IMG/VR virus record: IMGVR_UViG_3300031965_000059
Coordinates: 1-44,406 of that record
Origin: a virus
Taxonomy: Duplodnaviria > Caudoviricetes
Direction: 5' to 3' (one strand)
Length of the DNA stretch: 44,406 nucleotides
In this document: positions 1-9,758 of the stretch, piece after piece
How the letters are laid out: each line of letters starts with the position of its first letter
How positions within the stretch are numbered: position 1 is the stretch's first letter
Program-made: the position numbers and the translations under genes
Notes under the pieces: model-generated
What the model was told of the DNA's origin: nothing
What the model saw: only the letters and a program-made list of their open reading frames with translations
The model's database searches: none

Positions 1-127
1 TCCCGCCCTCCACGACGAGGCCGCGTCGAGCGAGATCTGGAGTTCGGCGTTGAACGTCCCCTGGACCGCAACCGGTGTCGCGGTCGCCTCCTCGATCTCC
101 AGCACCCAGACCAGTTCGCCGCTCAGC
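1..127. repeat. Terminal direct repeat copy 1 (circular assembly overlap)
   Basis: Bases 1-127 are identical to 44280-44406; a reading frame continues across the join; 127 is a common assembler k-mer length. Confidence 0.95.
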
Positions 128-264
128 GGCGTCGCGCCGGAGGGCTGGCCCTCACCCGCCGGCGGGTTCGGCACGACGCTCGTGCTGTTCGTGGCGCCCA
201 GGTTGGTGTCGACCGGGACGCTGAGCGACTGCCGGTTGGACATCGTAAGAACTTGGTCGCGCAA
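1..264 (-). CDS. Putative capsid cement/decoration protein, 5' part (continues at 44279..44061 across the circular join; about 160 aa total)
   Basis: GAGG SD then TTG at 264: MRDQVLTMSNRQSLSVPVDTNLGATNSTSVV...; same frame as ORF 44061..44384; directly after the capsid gene, the position of the BPP-1 Bbp16-type cement protein. Confidence 0.65.
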   Translation of the reverse strand, partial: MRDQVLTMSNRQSLSVPVDTNLGATNSTSVVPNPPAGEGQPSGATPLSGELVWVLEIEEATATPVAVQGTFNAELQISLDAASSWRAG

Positions 265-312
265 TGTGTTCCTCGCTTCCTTAGCTTCCCAGAAGGCTTC
301 GCAAAGCCCTCC

Positions 313-1293
313 TTAGAACGCCCGCCGCAGGACCGCGACCGCGAACGGGTTCGTAAGCTGGAAGCCGTACACCCACTCGTAGTTCGCGATCATGAACGGG
401 AAGTCCGCCGAGTTCTCGGCGAACTCGATGGTCTCGGGGGCCTGCTTCTGCAGCGCGCCGTGCATCGTCGACCCGAACTTCACGGCCCAGATCGAGTCGG
501 CCCAGTCGTCCGTGCTGGTGCTGGTCGGGATGACCTGGGAGCTGCGATCCAACGCGCCCGACGGCGAGTAGCCGACGTCGATGATCGGGATATCCTCCCA
601 GACCTCCATCCGGCGCCCGAACATGTCCTTGTCCGTGCGCATCTGACGCTCGCCGCGCGCCGCGGCCCCGAGCGCGAGCTTGCCCTGCCGGTTCGTCAGC
701 AGGACGTCGGGGTTGCCCCCGTCGATCAGCGAGATCAGCTCGTGGATGTCGTTGAGGAAGTCGAGCCTGGCCGCGGCGGCGGTCAGGTCGCGGTTCTGCG
801 CGTTGGCGTCGATGACCTGCTTCTGGGTTGCGGGAGCCGCCGATCCGCTGCTCAGGCGTAGGTCGGTCTGGAACCTGTAGATCAGCCCCGCCGGCTGATC
901 GGGGTTCGTGACCGGGTTGCCGTTGAAGTACTGGTTGACGACCTCGTAGGCAACCGCCCGCGAGTACTGATCGATGGCCGCCGTGCGCGGGTCGACGTGG
1001 GAGCTCTTGTTGTTCAGGAGCTGCCGGTCGACCCTGATCTTGTCGGAGATGATCTTCAGCGACTCCACGCGCTGACCGAAACGGGCCTGCGCAACGTTGA
1101 TAGCCGTCGGGTTGATCGCACGGTGGCTCGGCGTCGGAAGGCCGGTCGCCTCCATCACCATCGTGTTGATGTCACCCACTTCATCGAACGGGAGCCGCTC
1201 GAAGAGCTGGGAGTGGCTCAGCATCGAGTACACTATCGCCTGCGTGAACGGCGTCAGTGTGCTCAACTGGGCCATATCGGCCAGCGTGAGCAT
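313..1293 (-). CDS. Major capsid protein (HK97 fold, epsilon15 gp7/BPP-1-like)
   Basis: 326 aa; N-terminal MLTLADMAQL, LFERLPF, GLPTPSHRAIN, VDRQL and YFNGN...GL match this capsid family; AAGGAGG SD; follows the scaffold gene. Confidence 0.85.
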   Translation of the reverse strand: MLTLADMAQLSTLTPFTQAIVYSMLSHSQLFERLPFDEVGDINTMVMEATGLPTPSHRAINPTAINVAQARFGQRVESLKIISDKIRVDRQLLNNKSSHVDPRTAAIDQYSRAVAYEVVNQYFNGNPVTNPDQPAGLIYRFQTDLRLSSGSAAPATQKQVIDANAQNRDLTAAAARLDFLNDIHELISLIDGGNPDVLLTNRQGKLALGAAARGERQMRTDKDMFGRRMEVWEDIPIIDVGYSPSGALDRSSQVIPTSTSTDDWADSIWAVKFGSTMHGALQKQAPETIEFAENSADFPFMIANYEWVYGFQLTNPFAVAVLRRAF

Positions 1294-1321
1294 CGGGTTG
1301 TCCTCCTTCGCCAGCGCCTAG

Positions 1322-2146
1322 CTAGGCGCTGTCTTTCCAGGCGAAGTAGTCGTCGAGGACCTGGTCGGGTTTCTTGCCGGGCTCGATGGGGGGCGGGCCG
1401 CCGGCACTCGATGCGCCAGGAAGGTCAGGAGACCCGGTCGCGCGGTTCGCAGCTCCGACGGCCGCGTTATCACGCGCCCGCTGAGCTTGCTGCTCGCCCG
1501 TGGGGCTACTGCCTTCCCCTGCACCGTTGCCGTTCGCAGGGCCGCGGGCCGTGACGAGCTTGATCGCCTCGCTCACGGTTGCCTCCGCACCCTGCTTGCT
1601 GTAGACGTTCACAAGCCGCAGCCGGTCGGCCTCGGGAAGCTGCTGGATCTCCGGTGCCCGCAGGAACGACGCAAGCGCCTCTCCCGCGGCCTCTCCACGC
1701 AGCTTCTCTCGGACGCCGTTCTGCTGCTGCTGTTCGCGGTCAAGGCGTCGAAGCTCCTGTAGGGCATCGACGTCACCGTCGTCCGCTTTACGTTCGAGCT
1801 CAGCGCGATTCGCGTCCGCTTCTGCCGTGGACGCTCGGCTCGCGGCGGGCGCTGCCTGCTGGCTGCCACCCTCCCCCGAGCCTCCCCCGCGGTTCAGGCT
1901 GCTCGCGACGAGCGCGAGCGCTTCCTGACCATCCGGGTCGCTCAACAGGCTGGCGATGACTTCGTAGGGGTCTTGTCGCCCATCCGCGCCACCTGTGCCT
2001 TCGCCTGACGTCGCAGCGCCTTGGCCCGCCTGTTCGGCCGTCTGCTGCGCGGCGGCCTGCTGGCCGCTGTCTGACGAGGCTCGTGCCGCTTCCTGGGTCG
2101 CTGCCGAGGAGTCGCCGTCTCCGCCGGCCTGGCTGTTGTCAGCCAT
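1322..2146 (-). CDS. Capsid scaffolding protein
   Basis: 274 aa, acidic and Ala/Gln/Gly-rich with a coiled-coil centre; immediately upstream of the capsid gene; AGGAGG SD. Confidence 0.7.
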   Translation of the reverse strand: MADNSQAGGDGDSSAATQEAARASSDSGQQAAAQQTAEQAGQGAATSGEGTGGADGRQDPYEVIASLLSDPDGQEALALVASSLNRGGGSGEGGSQQAAPAASRASTAEADANRAELERKADDGDVDALQELRRLDREQQQQNGVREKLRGEAAGEALASFLRAPEIQQLPEADRLRLVNVYSKQGAEATVSEAIKLVTARGPANGNGAGEGSSPTGEQQAQRARDNAAVGAANRATGSPDLPGASSAGGPPPIEPGKKPDQVLDDYFAWKDSA

Positions 2147-2167
2147 TCCCTACCTCCTGGGGGCCGG

Positions 2168-2217
2168 CAAATAAGTCAGCCCCGCGTTGGGTTCTGGTGC
2201 AACCCTTCGCGGGGCTG
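2168..2217 (-). terminator. Intrinsic terminator-like hairpin in the scaffold leader
   Basis: Minus strand CAGCCCCGCG-aa-GGGTT-gcaccag-AACCC-aa-CGCGGGGCTG followed by ACTTATTT. Confidence 0.55.
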
Positions 2218-2288
2218 GTCGGTGCATCCGCTTCGATTGGCAAAGACTGCGGTGCAACCCCGCGAAGGGGATGCACCGATCATCTTCG

Positions 2289-2318
2289 ACGGTAAACCAT
2301 AACCCGCGATGCTGTCAA
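2289..2318 (-). promoter_or_regulatory. Putative sigma70-type promoter for scaffold/capsid genes
   Basis: TTGACA (2318-2313), 18-nt spacer, TACCGT (2294-2289); the -35 box overlaps the stop codon of the upstream gene. Confidence 0.45.
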
Positions 2319-5300
2319 GCGAGGGCGTGTTCGATCGCGGCGACGACCTCCGGATCCTGGCCCAGCGGCGTGGCGAGCAGCCGCGTCGAGAGCAAGAATC
2401 TAACCCTGTCCGGGTACATCTTGATGACGTCCGGGTTCTCGATCAGGATCAGGTCGCGCTCCGGGTTCCGGAGCTGCTCGGCCATCCGTCCGTTCGAGTA
2501 CATCATCAGCCAGTTCAGCAGCCGCTTGTCTTCCTCGCTGTCGGTGCGCGCCAGGATCTGCGAGATCGCGCTCCGCGTCGAGCCATCCGGCAGCTCGCGG
2601 CCGTACGTCTGGTAAGTCGCCCGCATCGGCGAAAGCACCTGCTGGACCGCAACGCGCAGCTCGCGCAGGCGCCGCACCTCCTCCGGCGTGAAGAGACCGC
2701 CGTTCAGGTGCCGGTACGGCGAGGTCTCGAAGAGCTTGTCCAGCGCCCGTTGCGCGCCGACGCGACGAACCTCGAGCTCCGACGCGCGGGGATCGCGCCA
2801 GCGCACCGAAGGCCAGTCGTGTAGCACGTACTGGCGAACCGCCTCCTCGGAGATGCCGAACTCGCTCGCACCCCTCGCCAGCACCGACTCGCGCGTCTCG
2901 CGGTACGCGCGCCAGAGCTGATCGCGGTAGGAGTCCGGGTCGACGTCGAGGAACGCCTGGTCGAGACTCCAGCGATTTCCGTCCTTGTCGACGAAACCCG
3001 GCTGTCCGGCGTCGTCGGGCCCGTCGGGCGAGAGGCCCCAGTACCTCCGCGCGATCTCGTCCAGGGCAAGCCCGGGGCGCTTGCCAAGCTCCTTCTTGAA
3101 GTCCTCCTCGCTTCCGAAGAGGGCGATCATCGCCGCGCGGTTCTCCTGCGCGATCGCCGTGAGGCTCGCGCCGGACAGCTTGGCGTACTCCACGAGCATG
3201 CCCGGCTGGCCCTGCTTCGCGTCCAGGAAGGCGCGGATCTGTTCGTTCGCCTTCCCGCGCGTGTCTTCAGTCAGGTTGAAGAACTGGTCGAGCCGGTCGC
3301 CGCGGCGCGCGCGGTACTCGTTCTGGCGCTCCCTCAGGTCCCGCAGCGTCTCGTGCTCCTGCTCGAGCTGCCGGCGCTCGACGGACGTCACGCTCTCGTA
3401 GTCCTTTCCGGTGAGCAACTCGATCTGCTCCCGGTAGAGCTGGAAGGGCGTCTTCGGGATCACCTGCGCACCCAGGAACTCGAGCGCGCCGCGCTGCGCC
3501 ACCTCGCCCGGCGGGATGTTCCCCTCGTCCATCGACTCCCACAGCTCTTGCGCGATGATCGGCATCATCTCTTTCACGACGAAGCGTTCCGGCGCGTCGA
3601 TCGTCCGGCCCAGGAAGTCCTCTCCTCGCAGCAGGTCGACGGCGATGCGCGGGCCCTGCGCGAGCCGCCCCTGGAAGAAGCGCTGCATCTCCGTAAGCGG
3701 CTGCTCCCACGCTGCCTCCTCAGCCCGGCGGTCGCCCTCCGGCCGGCCGGCCAGGATTCGGAACGGCAGCCGGAAGGCCGACATCGTCGGGAACAGGGCG
3801 AAGCGGAACGCCGGCGTCTGCACGTTCAGGAAGTCGGTCGACGTCGGGTCGAACTCGGGCATCTTGCCGGAGAAGGCCAGCGACAGCTTCGTCGCCAGCG
3901 AGGCCTGCAGCGCCAGCTGGTTCATGAACAGGTGCCGCGCGACGACGCCCTTCTGTCCCGCCTTCGGCGCGTTCAGGATCATGCCGATGTTGCCGCGCGT
4001 CCAGGATGGCGTCAGTAGCGCGAGCCGCTCGAGCATTCGCGGCCTGGCCTCGCCGGAGATCTTCGCGAACTCGACGGGGCCGATGTAGTTGTTGAGGCCG
4101 TCTGCAACGGCGTTGGCCAGCTCCTGCGCCGGCATCGCCCGCCACTCCTTCCCGGTCGTGATCGCCTTGAACATCGGCAGCGACTTCAAGAGGCCGAAGA
4201 TCTCCGGGTTCTCTTGCGCCATCAGGAGCGTCGAGTACGTCGTGTCGGCGACGTGGAGCTTGGCAAACGCGAGTGCGTCCATCATCTCGCGGTTCAGCGA
4301 GTCCCACGGCGGCAGTACGCCGGATGCTGTCCGGCGCCCCATCCATGCTGCGACGCTCTCGCCGGCCTTCCGTTCGATGTCGAGTTTGATGTCCATCGGG
4401 TGCCCCATCTGCAGCCCGCGGGCAGCCCAGAACCGCAGCCTTGGAGCGTTCTGGATCGCCGAGACGCGGCGCCCGTGCTGCGTCATCTGCCAGCCGGCCG
4501 CCGTCCCGATGGTACGCAGATAGCCGATCGGGTCCTGCGCGAAGACCCTGGCACCCTGGACGAACGCCACCGGCGACAGATCCATCGAGAGCAGCATCGA
4601 GCGCATCGCGTCGAGCGTCCGGCCGACGAAGTTCTCGTCGACCTCGACCGTGCGGGTGCCGCCGAAGAACGACTCCAGCTTCCGCACCGTCGCGCGCTCC
4701 GCGTCGTCGGTGAACTTCGACACCGGCTTCAGCGTCAGCTCGCGTCCCAGCAGTTGTTCCGCCTCCAGGATCGGCAGCTTCTCGGGAAGCTGGCCGATGA
4801 TGTCCGCCGCGATGTCGTCGGCGTTCTCGAACTCCCCCTTCAGCCCGCGCACGAGCGCCTCGCGGAACTCCTCGCTCCTCGTGTCGATCGGCCCTTTCAC
4901 GCGCGTGATCAACGGCCGCTCGACGTACTTCTGCGTCGCCTCGTTCGCATCCAGCAGCTTCATGATCACCTGGAAGGACTGCTTCTCTGCGCCCTGGCCG
5001 AGCCTCGTATCGAGCAGCCGGCTGATGTTGTACTCGGCCTCCTGGCCATCGATCGCCGCCGCGAAGACGAAGTCGTCGAAGTCCTCGATCTGCCGGCTCC
5101 GGAAAGCGCGCGGGAAGTGAGCGCGACCGCCGGTGCCCAGCCTGATCGGCTGCCCGGCGACGCGCCTGTTCGGCAGGTAGGCGCCATTGATTCGCCCAAC
5201 GCTCACTCCGAACGCTTGCAGGGCGTCGCGATCGGCGTCGAGGTTGTCGGAGACGAACCGGAACAGCCGGGTGGCATCCTCGTCGAGGTCGTACCAGTCC

Positions 5301-7627
5301 GGATGCTCGAAGGCCGACTTCACTGTGCCGACGTCGTCCCTGAACGCCTTCGTAGCCTGCGCCAGCATCTCCTTCTGAGCCTCGTCGTTGAACACGAGCT
5401 TCTTCTCGCCCTGAAATGCCACGTAGCGGTCGAGCGCTTCACGGGCGCGCTGCTCAACGCTCGGGCCGCGGTAGGCCGACTTCAGGAGCGGGAGGGCTTT
5501 GCCGTTGAGACCCTCGCCGAACTTGTTCTGCACGGCGATCTCGAGCATCGCCTTCCGCTGCATGTAGTTCTGGACTGCCGCGTTCCGATAGCGCGATGCC
5601 GTGATCATTGCTGCGGCCACCGGATCGTCCAGCGAGCCCAGGGGCTGGAACATCCGGCCTGCGCCTCCCACCACGCCGGCCAGCGGCTTCCCGACGATCG
5701 GGATATGGCGGAGCGGCTCCGACCCCCGGATGGCCCAGTTGAAGATCGTCCCTGGATTTGCCTTTGGGTCGAACGCGCCCTCGACCCCCAGGTTCTCTAT
5801 CCACTTCAGCGTGGCACGCCAGTTGCTTATATTATCCGCCGTTTGTTCCTCGGCCTCCTTCGCGAGCCTGACGATCACCGGGTCGTCCGGCGCGAGCCCG
5901 CCGATGTTCAACCCGCGGCGCGCGGCGAGGTCGTCGACGGAGAGTCGCAGGTGCGCCGGGGCATTGTCGGCCAGGTCCGGATTCAGCCAGCGGAAGGTCT
6001 GGTCCATCTCGTCGGACCAGCCGGAGACGTGCTGGCGCCAGAAGGCGAGTCTCATCGGGCTGTAACGGCTTGCGCGGTTGAAGTCTGGAACGCTCCTCAT
6101 CGCCGCTTCCGTCTTGTTTAGGGCTTCCGTGATCCCTGGATCGCTGGAAAGTCCCAAACCGACACGCTCGACATCGTGGCGCGTGGACGCGACTGCGCCT
6201 TGCTGGAGCGTGGCGATGCGCTCGCGCAGCTTTGCGGCCTTCGCTTCGAGCTGCTCTCGATTGACCGTCCCGACTGTCCGGCCGAAGGCGCGCAGCTCCC
6301 GCGTCGCGCCGGGGCGCAGACTCTGTATGTCCTCCAGCGTGCTCTTGAGCTGCCCCTGCAGCCGCTCGGACGAAACCCGGCGGCCGATCACCGCCGGCGA
6401 CTCCGCCGCGAGCCGGTTCGCGACTTGGATGCGGGAGGCGACTCCGACCTCGCTCGGGAACAGCACCCGCAGAACGAGGCGCGCGGACGCGTACTCCTGG
6501 CGGATAGCGTCCGGGTGCGCGAGCGAGCGGAGCGAAAACCGGCCGAGCACGCTACCCACCGTGATCGCCCTCCCCGCGTAGGGCATCAGGAACGTCGACG
6601 GCACCAGAATGCTCGACAGGACATCCTCAGTAATGCCGCGCGCCGGATCGGGCAGGAAGCGCAGCGGCGTCGCGGTGATCAGGCCGCGTGCGAGCGGCCG
6701 GCCGATCAGGTTCTGTTCGGCCTCCAGACCGCGGAGCACCGGCTTCACGACAGGACGCGCAACGTCGGCGATCCCGCCGCCCAGGTTCCGCGCGCCCTCC
6801 TGCAACGCCCCGACGATGCCTCCGAACTGCGCGCGCGACACCGGCGTCGCCTTCGCCTTGTCGATGAAGGTGCGCACGGCTTCGTCCGTCTGCAGCTCCG
6901 CGAGACGTCCGCGGATCTTCGCAACGCTCGGCTCCTCGAACTTCGCCAGGCGGTTCGTGGCCGAGATCGTGCTCGGCTGACCGGCGGAGATGCGCTCGAG
7001 TAGCTCCTGCGGCCGGCCGATGCCGCGTTGCTCCGCAGCCGCTACCAGGCGGGCGAGCGGGTCGAGGACCTGCGTGCGGGTTCTCTCGCTGGCGCCGAAC
7101 AGGTGCTGCTGGACGCTCTGGCGCAGCTGCTCGACCTGCTCTGGAGTGATCAGCGGGCTCGGGCTGCCGGTCTCGCCACCGTTTCCCGACACCTGTGGCA
7201 CGCTCGTCTGGCCGGCCTTGCTCAGCACGAGGTTCGCGTAGTACCGGCCATCCGCGCTCTGGCGGCCGCCCCAGCCGGCGTAGTAGCCCCCCAGCGCCTG
7301 GCTGTAGTCGCCGCCCGCCGCGCGCAGCATATCCGCGATGTGCGCAGCCGACGCGTAGAGCGCCGGCACGGGGTCGAAGCGGCCGGCCGACCCGCGTCGC
7401 GCGCCGTAGTCGCGGATCAGCTCCGGGTGCTGCTGTAGCACGCCGTCCCACGTCGGGGTCATCCACTGCGCGATCCCGCCGGCGCCGGCCGAAGACAGGC
7501 GTCGGCCGTAGATCACGTCGTCGTCCCAGCCCGACTCGACGTCGATCAGGGCAAGGAAGATGGCAGGCTGGAGTCCGTAGCGCTGTGCGGCCCTGACGGC
7601 CGTCGCGACGAGGTTGGGGCTGCCCAT
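2315..7627 (-). CDS. Large internal virion/DNA ejection protein with N-terminal lytic transglycosylase (SLT) domain
   Basis: 1770 aa; N-terminus has ALIDVESGW, SSAGAGGIAQWM, FDP..AL and ALGGYYAG SLT motifs; the rest is helical, as in podovirus ejection proteins. Confidence 0.75.
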   Translation of the reverse strand: MGSPNLVATAVRAAQRYGLQPAIFLALIDVESGWDDDVIYGRRLSSAGAGGIAQWMTPTWDGVLQQHPELIRDYGARRGSAGRFDPVPALYASAAHIADMLRAAGGDYSQALGGYYAGWGGRQSADGRYYANLVLSKAGQTSVPQVSGNGGETGSPSPLITPEQVEQLRQSVQQHLFGASERTRTQVLDPLARLVAAAEQRGIGRPQELLERISAGQPSTISATNRLAKFEEPSVAKIRGRLAELQTDEAVRTFIDKAKATPVSRAQFGGIVGALQEGARNLGGGIADVARPVVKPVLRGLEAEQNLIGRPLARGLITATPLRFLPDPARGITEDVLSSILVPSTFLMPYAGRAITVGSVLGRFSLRSLAHPDAIRQEYASARLVLRVLFPSEVGVASRIQVANRLAAESPAVIGRRVSSERLQGQLKSTLEDIQSLRPGATRELRAFGRTVGTVNREQLEAKAAKLRERIATLQQGAVASTRHDVERVGLGLSSDPGITEALNKTEAAMRSVPDFNRASRYSPMRLAFWRQHVSGWSDEMDQTFRWLNPDLADNAPAHLRLSVDDLAARRGLNIGGLAPDDPVIVRLAKEAEEQTADNISNWRATLKWIENLGVEGAFDPKANPGTIFNWAIRGSEPLRHIPIVGKPLAGVVGGAGRMFQPLGSLDDPVAAAMITASRYRNAAVQNYMQRKAMLEIAVQNKFGEGLNGKALPLLKSAYRGPSVEQRAREALDRYVAFQGEKKLVFNDEAQKEMLAQATKAFRDDVGTVKSAFEHPDWYDLDEDATRLFRFVSDNLDADRDALQAFGVSVGRINGAYLPNRRVAGQPIRLGTGGRAHFPRAFRSRQIEDFDDFVFAAAIDGQEAEYNISRLLDTRLGQGAEKQSFQVIMKLLDANEATQKYVERPLITRVKGPIDTRSEEFREALVRGLKGEFENADDIAADIIGQLPEKLPILEAEQLLGRELTLKPVSKFTDDAERATVRKLESFFGGTRTVEVDENFVGRTLDAMRSMLLSMDLSPVAFVQGARVFAQDPIGYLRTIGTAAGWQMTQHGRRVSAIQNAPRLRFWAARGLQMGHPMDIKLDIERKAGESVAAWMGRRTASGVLPPWDSLNREMMDALAFAKLHVADTTYSTLLMAQENPEIFGLLKSLPMFKAITTGKEWRAMPAQELANAVADGLNNYIGPVEFAKISGEARPRMLERLALLTPSWTRGNIGMILNAPKAGQKGVVARHLFMNQLALQASLATKLSLAFSGKMPEFDPTSTDFLNVQTPAFRFALFPTMSAFRLPFRILAGRPEGDRRAEEAAWEQPLTEMQRFFQGRLAQGPRIAVDLLRGEDFLGRTIDAPERFVVKEMMPIIAQELWESMDEGNIPPGEVAQRGALEFLGAQVIPKTPFQLYREQIELLTGKDYESVTSVERRQLEQEHETLRDLRERQNEYRARRGDRLDQFFNLTEDTRGKANEQIRAFLDAKQGQPGMLVEYAKLSGASLTAIAQENRAAMIALFGSEEDFKKELGKRPGLALDEIARRYWGLSPDGPDDAGQPGFVDKDGNRWSLDQAFLDVDPDSYRDQLWRAYRETRESVLARGASEFGISEEAVRQYVLHDWPSVRWRDPRASELEVRRVGAQRALDKLFETSPYRHLNGGLFTPEEVRRLRELRVAVQQVLSPMRATYQTYGRELPDGSTRSAISQILARTDSEEDKRLLNWLMMYSNGRMAEQLRNPERDLILIENPDVIKMYPDRVRFLLSTRLLATPLGQDPEVVAAIEHALA

Positions 7628-7628
7628 C

Positions 7629-9758
7629 TCACCTCGTCGCCGTTCCGAGCAACGTTTCGCCCGCGGAGAACGCCCTGCTCCGGCCCGTCTCGAAGAGGTC
7701 GACCAGATCGGCGATCACGTCGGCGCCGAAGAGCGAGCCCATCACCGAGAGCACGGCTGCACGTGATCCCGCTGGCAACTGGCTGATCTCGGCGAATGGC
7801 AGGTTCGTGCCCGATGCACCGAAATCGAGGAAGCCTCGGATGCCCTTCAGCTCCTCGGGCGTGATCGTCCGGGCCTCGAGCAAGTCGCGCAGTTCCGCCT
7901 CGGTCGTCAAGCCCGACGAGAAGCGCAGCAGGGCGTTCGCAACGCGATCGAGCCCGAGCTGCTGCGCCATCTGCGCCGCGATCGGGTCGCTCGCGATGCC
8001 CCGGTCGAGCAAGCCCTGGACGAAGTCGCGCTCCTCCGGCGTCAGCTCGTCGTTCGCGAAGGCTTCGGCCGGGCTGAGCGCGCCCTCGATAATCGAACGC
8101 ACCTCCGGCTCGTCAATCTGTCTGCCGGTGAGCTGCGTGATCGCGTTGCCGACCTCAGTGAGGCCCAGTTGCAGAGCCACCGACGCGGTCCTGGTGTCAA
8201 GCGGCCTCGTACCGGCCAGTAGCTCGTTGATGAACGCCGTCTGCTCCTGCGACCGGAGCGGGAAGAGCGCCTGGTTGAACGTCCGGTCCACGCCGGAGAT
8301 GTCTTGCAGTAGCGCCGCGATCATCGGATCCGCTGTCATCTGCTGCAGCCGGCTCGCGCGATCAGAGAAGTTCAATTCTGGAAAGGGGAAGGGCTGCAGC
8401 CGGAAGTCCCGAATGCGGTCGGCGAATCCCCGCTGCGGCTTCTGCAGCGCGGCCGCGGCGCCGCCGAGTCCTTCGAGAAAGCTCGACCAGAGGTCGCCCG
8501 GCAGATCGGCCTCGCTCGCCGGCATGATCGCTCCGTCCTGGGCACGGCGTGGCGAGTCGCCGTTCGTGCGACGCCCGTGCATCAGCACTTCCATGACGGC
8601 GCGCGACGCGTTCTCGCGCGTCTCTGGCTCGTCCTTCGAAGCCTTCGGCGCGATGATCGAGCCCGGCGCCAGCAGCGCAAACTCCGTGCCCGCCTCCCCG
8701 ACGGTGAACAGCTCCGGCCCTTCGACGACGGTCGCGCCCCCGGCAGCCTCGTAGACGCCATCCTTGCGGCGGCGCATCTCGACGACGGCCCCCCTCGCAG
8801 CCCCGATCGGCGGGACTGGCGGCGTGAAGCGCTGGACCAGTTCTTCGAAGGTCACGCGCGGGATGTTCGAGATCTGCCGCGCAAGGTCCTCGCGGGCCCG
8901 CTGTCCGCCCTCCAGCACCGACTCGACGTTGAACGCGCCGGTCCGGCGTGCAGGGGGAGTCTGGCCACCCGCCAGGAAGAGCAGCCTGATCACGTCGCGC
9001 GGCGACTGCGCAGCCTCGGCGATCAGCTCTTGCCGCTCGAGCGTCGGGAAGACGCCTTCGCCGGAGCCGAGCGCCTCCAGGATGGCATCGCGCAGTCCGG
9101 CAGGGTCGCCCGCGTTCGCAAGGAAGATCTGCGGCGCGGCCATCCCCAGCGCGGAGAGCGCTTCGCTGAAGCCTGAGCTGATCGATTCCGTGACGCCCTG
9201 TGCTCGCTCGCGGGCGCCGGCGCCGAGGGTCAGGTTCAGCTCGGTCATGAGACGTTCGAGCGCGGCCTCGTCTGCCAGCCGCTGCCGGTCGGTCGCGGCC
9301 TGCTCGCTCAGTTGGTCAAGCTGCCGCTGCTCTTCGAAGGTGAGGCCACCGGCCCCGCTTCGGTCCAGCTCCAGAATAAACTGGCACGAGAGAACGTCGC
9401 CCGCCGCGCACTGCCGCTCGAGCACTTCTCTCGGGGTACCGCCGGTCTCCGTCGTGCTCGTTGCCGTCGCGCCCGTCCCTCGGCCGCGGAGTCCCAGCAG
9501 ATTCGCGATGTCCCGCGCTTCGTCTCCGGTCGGCGGTCGCTGGGTCGTCGGGGCTCGCGGCGTCTGCTGCCCAGACTGAATCAGGATCGCGTTCACCCGC
9601 ACGACGCCGGCACCGCGTTGAATCACCTTTGTAACCCGGTAGATGTTCCCATTCTGGGAGAAGGTGCTGCCAACGTCAGCGCCGGGCTGATCTTGGAGGC
9701 GGAACTCCGGGCCGAGGCTGGTCTGCGGCGGCGGCGGGGTTGCAACTGGAGGCGGCAT
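7629..9758 (-). CDS. Putative internal virion/ejection (pilot) protein
   Basis: 709 aa, Ala/Gly/Gln-rich and helical; GAGGAG SD; between portal and SLT protein; contains an AAGG...GPELFTVGEAGTE motif. Confidence 0.55.
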   Translation of the reverse strand: MPPPVATPPPPQTSLGPEFRLQDQPGADVGSTFSQNGNIYRVTKVIQRGAGVVRVNAILIQSGQQTPRAPTTQRPPTGDEARDIANLLGLRGRGTGATATSTTETGGTPREVLERQCAAGDVLSCQFILELDRSGAGGLTFEEQRQLDQLSEQAATDRQRLADEAALERLMTELNLTLGAGARERAQGVTESISSGFSEALSALGMAAPQIFLANAGDPAGLRDAILEALGSGEGVFPTLERQELIAEAAQSPRDVIRLLFLAGGQTPPARRTGAFNVESVLEGGQRAREDLARQISNIPRVTFEELVQRFTPPVPPIGAARGAVVEMRRRKDGVYEAAGGATVVEGPELFTVGEAGTEFALLAPGSIIAPKASKDEPETRENASRAVMEVLMHGRRTNGDSPRRAQDGAIMPASEADLPGDLWSSFLEGLGGAAAALQKPQRGFADRIRDFRLQPFPFPELNFSDRASRLQQMTADPMIAALLQDISGVDRTFNQALFPLRSQEQTAFINELLAGTRPLDTRTASVALQLGLTEVGNAITQLTGRQIDEPEVRSIIEGALSPAEAFANDELTPEERDFVQGLLDRGIASDPIAAQMAQQLGLDRVANALLRFSSGLTTEAELRDLLEARTITPEELKGIRGFLDFGASGTNLPFAEISQLPAGSRAAVLSVMGSLFGADVIADLVDLFETGRSRAFSAGETLLGTATR

